Origin: Monocercomonoides exilis PA203 | Taxonomy: Eukaryota > Protista > Preaxostyla | Assembly: GCA_001643675.2 (NCBI GenBank) | Contig: LSRY02000002.1 | Coordinates: forward strand, 868,001-932,000 | Reading direction: 5' to 3' | DNA: 64,000 nucleotides | Notes under the pieces: model-generated | Databases searched by the model: none | The model's input: the letters and a program-made list of their open reading frames with translations, nothing else | What the model was told of the DNA's origin: nothing | In this document: positions 23,733 through 34,200 of the stretch, piece by piece | Layout: each line of letters starts with the position of its first letter | Position numbering within the stretch: position 1 is the stretch's first letter | Translations under genes and position numbers: made by a program

Positions 23733-25782
23733 ATGTGGTTATTTTTCAAGATTTCCTGTCGAGTATTAAACATTTCTATTTTTAACAAATTTTTCTTTTT
23801 CGATTTTTATCTTCTTATTTTGCAGATTACACAATTTTCTTACAGATCCAAATTCCATAAACCTTTTGCTTTTGTATATCCCACATTTGCAACGCTATCC
23901 ATCCTCAGGATTGCTCACAAACGAAATACTTATTTCAATTGTGGCAAACATTTATTCTCTCGTGTCCCCATCAACAGCTTTCGCTTCCAGCACGTTAAAA
24001 ACACCATCAACTGTTCTATTGCCTCTTCTGCCAACAGTTCCGACACTTTCTTCTCTGCCTTCAACGCTTCCTTTTTCCACCAAACACTCTCTTCACAAAA
24101 TGCTCCTGTTCATATTGGAACAGAATCTCAGCGAGAAGCACCAGGAAGATTGGCTTCATTCGGACAGTACGGCCATCACTTTGAATGGTGCACATGGAAA
24201 GATTCAACTGGTGGATCAAATAACGGCGGAGCTCTTTATGTTGAATGCACAAATGCAGATCTCTCAATCACGTCTTGTTCATTCAACAATTGTTCTAGTG
24301 GTGATGTTGACGGGGCGTTGTTTTACAGATATTTATTAAATGTAAACATTGCAAAATCCAATTTCACAAGTTGTTCAGCTGCACATGCAGGTGCTGCTTA
24401 TGTTGGCTGGCCCCAATCCAGTTCTGTTTGGGTATTATCAGAAAACCGAGTGGATAATTGCTCAATAAGTAGCAACATTGGAACTGGTTGGGATATCGTG
24501 CTTGACAATATGACATCAAACGGTCAATTCCTGTTTTCGAAATGTGTCAGTATTGCTAATACCGGAGGTGATGCAGCTGGTGCAGTCACGTTTCATTACC
24601 CTCCACCAGTAATACCTCTTCAATATTTGCTCCAAGAGTGCCAGTTCATCAACAACAAAGTCGAAAATCCAACTACCTACGGCGGTGCTGCGCTGTGCTG
24701 CACAAGAACATATGATTGGATGAGCGGGTTCAAATTCATCACATTCTGCTTCTTTGATGGCAATTCCGCAACTAATGGCAGAGGGAATGATGTATTCTTT
24801 TACGGAAGTATCATCACCAAATCTCCATTCCAGCAATGCGGTTCAACAACCCCAACACAAAGAGTATGGAATAACTATACCGCAGATAGCCCCGTATATA
24901 ACGGCTGGCTCCCTCTCATAACAACATTCAAAATCGTGCCAAATGGTGGAACTGATGCTGAAGTCTGTGATAGAACTCAACAGATCCCATGCGCCACAGT
25001 GGAGTATGCACTCGGATGCGTTGCTCCCTTCAGCGATTCCTCCCTCTCTCTTCTCGTCTCCTTTCACTCCCACAAGGACTCTCAAATTCAGTGCATAAAA
25101 TACAAAAATCACAGGAAATAGCACAACTGCCAACACCATCGCCTCCAGTGGCATTCCCCAACCACCAATCTCATGTTCACAATCTTCACAATCAACATCA
25201 TCATTTTCTTCATTTTCATCCTCATTATCATTATCAACATCTTCTTCACCAGATCCATCTGCCTCTTCTGCTCTCTTTCAACAGACCCAGGGTTCCCTCA
25301 CAGTCTCTGTAATCTCCATCGCACACAACTCCTCAAATCCAATCGCCCCCATCCTCTTCCACCTCTCCCAAAACTCCCCTTCCCTCAACCTCAACACAAC
25401 CATCATCGCTGGAACAACCTCCATAACAATAAAAACTCCCCTCTTCTTCCTCACTGCTGGCTCCCTCGCCCTCAACCACACAGCAATCACCAGTCTCGCC
25501 CTCAACTGCCAAAGCATCTTCCACCTCACCTCCCTCACCGCTCCCCTCACCCTCAACTCCTCCAGCATCACCGATATCACCTCCACAGCCACCCCCTCCA
25601 GCTGTGTCCTCTCCTCTGCCACCTCCCCTGCCCTCTCCCTCTCCCTCGCCAACTGCACCATCACCAGCATCAACTCAGCTCCACAAAACCAACAGACTGC
25701 AACCAATGGCGGGTGCATCTCATTCGCATCATCTGCCCCAACCAACGCATTTTCGGTGAGAGCCTCCACTTTCACGGGCTAA
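23733..25782 (+). pseudogene. Frameshifted, truncated GGA-repeat (PMP-like/beta-helix) surface protein
   Basis: GGALY, GGAAL, FxxN motifs and the C...PCATVEYAL module. Frame shifts near 25060-25065 into FTPTRTLKFSA, hits TAA at 25096, then runs 227 sense codons (NTKITGNST...NGGCISF) to TAA 25780. No TM anchor. Confidence 0.75.
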
Positions 25783-26489
25783 TAAATGAGCAAAGAATAA
25801 CAAGTGCTTTTGAGATTGATGAGAAATAACTGTAAGAGTATGATGAATGTTCATGGAAACAGAAGCAAAGGTGAAAGGAAGAATACGCTTTTTTTGAAAA
25901 GAAGCTTTCATAAGAGATTTGTGGAGATGAAGAATGAAAAGGAAGAAAGAATTGATAACAAAAATATAGATGATGTGCAACGTGAAAAGAATGAGAAAAT
26001 TAAAGAGAAAGAACAATTCAAAATTTAGATATAACGGAAAAAGAGAGAATGAGGGAAAAAATGAAAGGAAATAAAGAAAAAAGGAAAAGAAAAAGGAAAT
26101 GGACATACGATTCTGCAACTTTAAGATCACTATTCCATGAAAATGGTGATGATTCATTCTGTATTATAAAACACCCAAATGAAACAAATTTATTCATCAG
26201 AATTTTCAGAATATTATTGTTTTCTTTTTATTATTTATGCAAAAACTATAAAAATTATCTTCGAAGCGAATCATTCTTCTCTTAAAATTCAAAACAAATA
26301 ACATTTTCACTTTATTAACAAATTATTTATTTAACATTTATTTAATTTGAGCTTATTTTCACGCTTCCGTAGAATTATCAAGATTTCGTAAATAAAACAG
26401 TCAAAAAAGGTTTGATTTTTCATTTATTTCCACTTTGTTTTAATTAGTGTTTTTTGTTTGTTTTATATTCCTTTCCAACAATTATTATT

Positions 26490-26740
26490 AATTTGAATGA
26501 TCTTTTCTAATTTGAATTAGGATGAAGATTTTAAATTTTTTCCCTTTTATTTGAATTGGGTGGTATTAATTCAAATTGACATAGGTTTATTTAAAAAACC
26601 TCAATTAATTCAAATTTCCCAACTTAATCTGCATTGTATCTATTGAATTAAAAAATACATTAAAAATTTTTTGGAAGAATAAATTTTGACTCAAACTTTT
26701 TATTGCAAAACCAATATTCATCATCACATGAAACTGCAAA
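26490..26740 (-). repeat. Right copy of the diverged inverted repeat (partner ~23030-23250)
   Basis: Same two exact blocks (19 and 16 bp) in the same order, with a degenerate version of the internal palindrome (AGGTTTATTTAAAAAACCT). Confidence 0.75.
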
Positions 26741-27268
26741 TAATATTTTCGTTCGTGACAAACAAAAATGTTATTTGGATGGAAAAAAAATTTTTTTTTC
26801 TTTGATTCAACAATCAATAATTGTTTTTTGAAAAAACCAACTTTTCGATGTTTTTGCACAAAAATTTTAAATTGGAGTTTTTCATGATTTCAGTGGAACA
26901 ATCATTCACAGAATATGATTCTTTAATCCCTTTCAAACACTCAAAAATAGAACAGTTTGTCTGAAGTCAATTTTATTTAAAAAAAAACATGAACAAACCG
27001 TTTCTGGATAAAAAATTAACTTTTTTCAATATTATACGAATGAAATCAATAATCATTTAAAAATATTTCATTTAATTCAGAATTAAAATTAATGGATTGC
27101 ATTGCGTTCAAAAATGGACTGAAAATCATTCAAAAAATAAAAATTTTACATCAATTTATTATTGTTAATGCAAGAAATACTAGACATCACACAAATAACT
27201 GAAAAATATTGTTATTTCGGTGACTGAAACAGGTATTATTCAGGTATTTTTCATGGTAATAAATTTTG

Positions 27269-27464
27269 TCGAAACTGACTCATTCAGCATATGAGCGTTT
27301 CATTTTTGTTTTGACTGAACATGGCAAAAAAACATTATTGTTATCTCCAAAAAAGCAAATCCAAAATTTCACATCTTTCAATAATTGTTTTTTGCAATGT
27401 TCAGTCAACACGAAAATAAAGACTCGAACACAACATGAGTGAGTCGAGATGAAGTTTGTTTCGA
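27269..27464. repeat. Imperfect hairpin, MITE-like relic
   Basis: TTGACTGAACATGGCAAAAAAACATTATTG (27311-27340) pairs with CAATAATTGTTTTTTGCAATGTTCAGTCAA (27379-27408). Outer arms GACTCATTCA / TGAGTGAGTC and TCGAAAC / GTTTCGA. Confidence 0.6.
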
Positions 27465-28072
27465 GCTAATTTTTCTGAATTATTCCTCTTGCAGTTATAG
27501 AAAAAATAAAAATGAAATGTGTTTTTATCACAATTTCGTATTTTCATTTTTTATTCTATTTTTATTAATAAATCTTTTTGGTTCAATTATTGAAATAGTT
27601 TTTTCTGTCTGTGCTGTGATTCATCTCAGGAAAGATGTTTTTGCTATTTTTATTTTTAATTTTGGAACAAAAAACACAAAAAAGAAATTGAAAAAAAAAA
27701 AATAATTAGTGCAAACTATCAGTTTCTTTATGAAAGTTTGAAATTCTTCCTCAAGTTTTTTTCATAAATGGTTGTTTAACTGATTATCAAAAACTGTGGA
27801 AATTGTTTTTCGATTGTATATGAAGCATTCATTTATTAGATCAACAAAAAAAGATATTTATAAAAAATTACGAAAAAAACATTTTTTTCATTAAAAAAAC
27901 GAAAAAATGCAAATAATTATCCAAAAAAATTTTGAATTGATATTTTCGTTTTGCATATATATCGTCATCCATTTTCATTTATAGATTTTATTTTTTGTGA
28001 AGAAATTGTCGAATCGATGATTGGAGGTTATTAAGAATATGTATGTAATTATGGTATAATCGTTTATTTTAA

Positions 28073-29645
28073 ATGACCGAAGCAGAGGAGAAGGAAGCAC
28101 AAATTCAAAAAGTGCTTCAGGCAAAGAAAGAGTATGAGATGGAGCAGATGCTAAAAGACCAATATGTCGGGGAAAGAGTTTGAATAATTAAAAATTATCA
28201 ATATTTGATTATATTTGATTCTTATTAATATTAGGAAAGAATATCAACATTTCTAACTTTTAAAAAGCAAGAAGTTAAAGCACTTCAATCGGAAATACGT
28301 AATCAAGAGAGACTTGCCGAAGAAAAACGCGAGAGTTATCGCATCATGAAAAAAGTTTTTTAATTATTTAGAATGATCCATTTTACAAGCAAATTTATCT
28401 AATATAGGAATATCTTCAAAAGCTAAACCATTTGCTTTATGAGTATCAAAATGAATTATCTCAAAAGAAAACTGAAGCCATCGTTCATGTTGCTCGAGAC
28501 CTTGATGAACTGAGAACTTCAGAGCGAGAAACAGAAATTGAAAGGCGAGACGCAAAGGAAAGATTTAAAAGAGTTGATTTGGATGAATCGGAATTGTTTT
28601 TTAGGGAAAAACTTGTTTGCATTTTCTTTGTCAAAGCTGTTCATATTTGATATAATGTTATTTAAGGCGCATGATCGAGAAATATCAGAAATCCGACAGC
28701 AACACGAAATGGAAGTGAGAGAAATGATTCATAAATATGATGAAATTATTCGGGATTTGCGAGATGAAATGGAAGCACAACGCAAAAAGGAGATAACAGC
28801 TCTCAATGATGCAAAACGTCAACAAATCACCAAACTGACTGAAAAGCATCTTGAAGTGTGATAATAATACTAAAAGAAATAGAATTAATCATTCAAATTC
28901 GTGTCAACATTTTGTTAAACATTTTTCTTCTAGGAATTCCATCGAATCAAAGCATATTACAATGAAACCACTCATCAAGAACACTTCACATTAATTGAAC
29001 AGCTGAAGGGGCAAGTCAGTGAGAAGAAAAAAATAGAGGCAGCGCAACGAAAGATGCTGAGTCAGACAGCTGCTGAAAGCAAAAAAGAAGAAGAGCCACT
29101 TCGGCAAGCAGTGGAAGAATCAGAGAGGCTCCGACAGAGGCTTAAAACTTGGGATGAGGTTAAATGATTCATTTTATTTATTTATTTATTTTTTTTGACA
29201 ATTTAATTTTCTCCCTTAACTTTTCCTCAACGAATGCTGTTCTGAATGATGCATGCTTTCACACATCATATACATATTGCATATATAAAAATTCTTTAAC
29301 AATCATTTAACCTCCTTTCCATCTTCAACTCAAAACATACATCACCCCAACTTCCCCCTCTTCCCTTTCCCCCTCTTCCCTACCCATCCATAGCAAAAAA
29401 TGCAACTCGACGAAGCGAAGTCGAAGGAGCTCACACTGAAAGCGCGTCTGGAGCAGCTGAGCTGGGAGCACGAGGTGCTGACACAGCGGTGTGCGCAGGA
29501 GGAGCGGGACAGAGACGAGCTGCAGGAGGCCTTTGAGAAAGAGGCCTACAGCATCCAGCAGTCGGCGCTGCTCCACGGAATGCTGATGGAGAAGAAGATG
29601 GCGAAGCTGAACGAAATGATGGAGAGAAGAGTGTGAATTAAATCT

Positions 29646-29676
<31 letters not shown>

Positions 29677-30781
29677 TTAACATTTGAAACCTCCACTTTA
29701 TTTTTCAATGACAATATGCTTAATAATTTATTCACTATATTTATAATAACTTCACACTTTCTTATTCTTCTATTTTATCTACCAACACTTCAATTTTCTG
29801 CTCTTCCTTCTCCTCTTTTTTTCTCTCTCTCTTTCTCTTTCCTTCTCTCTCTCTCTCTCTCTCTCTATTTCTCTTCCCTCCTCTCTTCCCTTCCCAATCA
29901 GGATGCCCAACTGTCCGAGCTGCTTCTTCTTGCCGATCCCGATGGTGATGGCATGATTGGCGGAGTTGACCAGAGAGAAGCACGCGACACTGCCGTGGAT
30001 GTGATCAAGCAGAAGAACCAGGAAATACACAGACTCGAAGACGACCTGGAGAAGCTGACGAAGGCGCACAGGGAGACCATTCGGTTCTATGAGGACATCC
30101 TCAAGCAGTACGAGATCCCGTTCGAGGTGTGGATTTGCAGGATGATTGATAGCATTTGTAGTTATTTCATTATTTATTTTGAATTTATTATTATTGCTAT
30201 TATTATTATTATTATTATTATATTTATTAATCTTTTTTCCCATTTGGAATAATTGCTCATTCCTTTCATATTCACCCTCACCCTCCACCCCTTTTCACAT
30301 ACATCAGGAACTTGGCTTCCTTCCTCTTGTTACATCACTGGAGGTTCCCCCGAGCCACGACGAAGAAGAGCTTGAAGAGATTGAGAACATCGACCAGTCA
30401 ATCATTCGGAACAAGCGCAGCGGGCGCACAGGGCGGATGGGGCAAGAAGAAGAAGTGCCGCCGTATTCAGCAACACATCCGATCAGCAAAACAGGCAATG
30501 AAGAAAGAAGACAGCAGATGGGCCAGCCTTCTAGTTCATCTGCTTCTTCTTCCTCTTCTTCTTCCACTATTCCTTCTTCTCCTTCATCACCATCTTCTTC
30601 TTCCTCTTCTACCTCTTCCTCTTTGTCTTCAGCAAGAAAACCTTCTTCGCCTGCTTCAACCACTCCCAGAAGAATCGCCTCCACAAAAGTCACAGCCCGC
30701 TCGCCAATCGCCAAAACCACTGCGAAAAAGGCTGTCACCCCAAAAGCAGTAGCAAAACCCAAGTCAGCAACAACCAAATGA
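28073..30781 (+). CDS. GAS8: Dynein regulatory complex subunit 4 (GAS8/trypanin), about 8 exons
   Basis: Spliced coiled-coil protein with HLLYEYQNE, EFHRIKAYYNETT...LIEQLK, LSWEHEVLTQR..ERDRDEL and KAHRETIRFYEDILKQYEIPFE|ELGFLPL, matching GAS8 motifs in order. Confidence 0.85.
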
Positions 30782-31290
30782 GCAAGAAGAAGTTTGGTGG
30801 GATAAGTGTGATTGTGAAATGAATTCATTGTTTGGCCTTTCACGTCAATATGCCAAATAAAAACGTTCTTTTTTTTCTCCTTTCTTTCTTTCTTTCTTTT
30901 TATTTTTTTTTCGTTAATCTCGATAAAGACAGTTCTTTTTTCAAGATGTTTCTAACATTTCTTTTGTGTTGGATTGTAAAAAAAAAGAAATAAAAAGGAA
31001 ATTTCAAATCAAAATTATACATATCGAAAGCAAACTTGAATGTAACTGAAAAAAGAAAAGAAAAGAAAAGAAAAAATTATTTATAAGTGAAATGGAATAA
31101 AGTTCGAGAACGGAAACATACAAACATATAATAGAAACAATAGAAACAACTAGAAAAAAAGACATTGGGAAAAATTATCTTTGAAATGAGAAGTGAAATG
31201 AAAATGAAATGTGTTACTTTCATTGAAATGCGATTATAATTAGATTAATTTTTTTATTGTTTATTTAAAACTTGTTTTCTCATTAACCTT

Positions 31291-34200
31291 TCATTTGTTC
31301 TTTCTCTTTCTCGTACGATGAGGAGAAGACGAAGAAGACGACATCGAAGAAGAAGAAGAAGAACTCCTTCCAGTCGAACTTCCATTTCCCTCATCCGATC
31401 CATTTCTCCACTCGCTATCACTGCTATACGAATCACTTTCATCATCATCATCCTCATCATCCTCTTCCTCTTCCTCTCTCCTCTGTGCATACGCTGTGAT
31501 CACCCTCCCAAGCTCCATGTCGCTCGTCACGATGTGCTGGATGAAGAACGACTGCACCACGTTCGACGTCACCAGCGACGTGTCGGGGCGGTGGATGAGC
31601 AGCCGCAGCAGATACGACGCCTCCTTCAGAAGAAACTTGTGTTCTCTTATGTGCTCAATGGCATCTCCTTCCTGATACGACTGCGGGCACAGCGTGATCA
31701 TCCACTGCGCTTCCCGGTCGAACTGGCTCTTCATCGTGCACAGCACATTCTCTGCCGCCTGCACAAGCATCGGGTCTGCAGCTATTGATAGACCAGAGTC
31801 AGAAGAAGAAGAAGAAGAAGATGAGGAAGAAGAAGATGAGCCAGACGAAGACGAACCAGCAGCTGTGGGGAGCAACACAGACGCGCCTGCCCCTGAACTC
31901 GACTGCTCATTTACTTCGCTCTTCTCCTCTGCGATTTCAACTACCGATGCGAGCAACGTGAGCAGGCGCTTGTTGGCGAAGTTGAGCGGCGGGTGAGCTG
32001 TGGCGTATTCGTCCTTCCACTGCAGGTCTTCTCTTTCAATCGACGGGATCAGGTCGCGCAGCAGCTTCGTTTGGTTCATTAGGTCAGTGAAGAACGAGCG
32101 CAAGGGGAGCATCACAAACAGCACCACAAACAGAAATATCACCAGGTTGATGATCGCCATCGTCCGGTTCATCTTCTCCGCATCGCCGATTTCGACCTCT
32201 GTCTGCGCGCGAATCAGCTGCGTGTGGATCTCCGAGCCTTCGGTGAGGTCGTTACTGGCGATGCTGAACAGTCGGAGGAATTGTGCATTGCTCGAATTGA
32301 CATCGGCCAGGCTGATGTGTGAGAGATACAGGCAGTCCCGGAGAAACACATGGATCAGCCCATCAAGGCCAGCAAACCGCTGCGTCATCAGCACATTTCT
32401 GTCTGGCTTCTCTTCACATTTCGTGCGGTTCTTCAGCAAGCAAGACGTGCGCTGCACCATCAGCACATCCACCGATGGAAGTGAACCTTCCAGCACAGTT
32501 GTCTTCAGCCCTGCAATTGTGGCATCCTGTGCAATCTCCTCCACCACCACCCCCTTTTCGGCCTCTTCGCTTCGGACTTTGCTGCGGATGTAGTCAGAGC
32601 CGTATCTGAGGTGGTCGTCGGTGTTGCGGTAGTCCATCACTGCCCTCGCCAGCAGCTTCTGCAGCTCTGCTTTGCTGTTCATCAGGTGGCACAGGTCTCT
32701 GCTGACTGGAGATGTTCCCTTGGAGTCAACAACATTTGTGATTGGTGCGGGGTTGTTGGGAAAGACAAGCTGCATTGCGTAGTAATTGAGCTGCATGATC
32801 TGCACATGGCGGATCGACGACAAAATGAGCTGGTTGCCCAGCGCTTCCACTTTCGTGAAGGAAGTAAAGCCGACGATGATTGTCGCGACTAACAGGCCCA
32901 ACACACACACAATCGCGACTGTCAGCTGCAGCACGGCGCGGACGCTGATGAACGAGGGAAACTTTCTCGCCTTCGTCTGCAGCTCTGCCACAGCGTGCTT
33001 CATGTTCGACCGCCACTCGTTCCACTCCCTCTCTGTGCGCACATGCACATTCAGCTCTGCCACATCCACATGCGCTGCACCAGCGACTGAGGGCGAAGGA
33101 GGCGTCGGCGGAACATCCAGAGCTAAGGCACGGGCTGTCTGGTGGCTGTCTACATTTGCTTCGCCTTCGGCTTTGTCTGACTGATACAACCGATCATCGC
33201 CTCCTCCTCCTCCTCCTCGCGCTCTGTGGTAGCGATCTCTCAGACGCTTGTGAAGGGAGCTGATCGAATTCCGTTTTTCTCTTTTCCCCTTCTTTTCTCT
33301 GTCTCCTTCTCCCCTTTCGTTTTCCTTGTAGCGCTCTTTCGACCCTTCTTCTTCTTCTTCTGATTCATCCATCCCTTTTACTTCGCCATATCTCACTTTC
33401 ACTTTGTACCCCTGCTGTCCCTTTCTCCCTCTTCTCTGCCTTCCTTCCTCACTCCCGTCACCTCCTTGTATTATCTCCAGATCAAGCGACGGCGGCCGTT
33501 TCGAATGCTTTCTTTTCCGCTCGTCGTTCCTTCCCCTCTTCTTCCTGCTCCCTTTTCTTCCTCTTTCGCCATGTCTGCCACCAGACGAGGAAGAATCCGA
33601 CCCTTCTTCTTCTTCTTCTTCCTCCTCTCTGCTTTCACTCACACGATGTCTATGTTTGTGCTTGCGTTTACTTCTGCTCTTGCTCTTGCTTCTGTGCTTC
33701 TCCTTCCTCCTGTTTGCTCCATATGATTTCATGCTCACATGAGAGATTGAGCCGTCGTGGCTGACCAGTGACACAAGATCACCCGAGCCCTTCACCCCCG
33801 ACTGCGCAATCACTCCATTGCTCTGATCTGCCGGCAAAAGCGCATTCAGCGCGCTCACATTCGCTACCAACTGCTGCTGAATCTGCTGGTGCTGTGCACT
33901 CATCTGACTCAGCGCCACCTGGCCCTGCTGGAACTGCTGGTCAAGCAAGTACTGCTGCTGCTGGAGTTGCTGCTGCATCTGCTGCTGGAGCTGGATGTCT
34001 TCCCCCGGTGCGTGTGTATTCATCTGCTGGGCGATTGTCATCGCCTGGAACGCAATCGCATTTTGCTGCTGTTCTGTCTGTTGGATCGCAGACTCAACTT
34101 GCATAAGCATCATCTCCAGCTGCTGCATGTTGTATTGGAGAGACAGAATCTGCTGTTCTTTCTGTGCTTGCATCGCCTGCATCGCTTGGACTGTCTGCAT

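Noticed and set aside
25804-26285. Short K/E-rich ORFs after the pseudogene
   Set aside because: Low-complexity purine-rich sequence with scattered stops; at most a decayed fragment.
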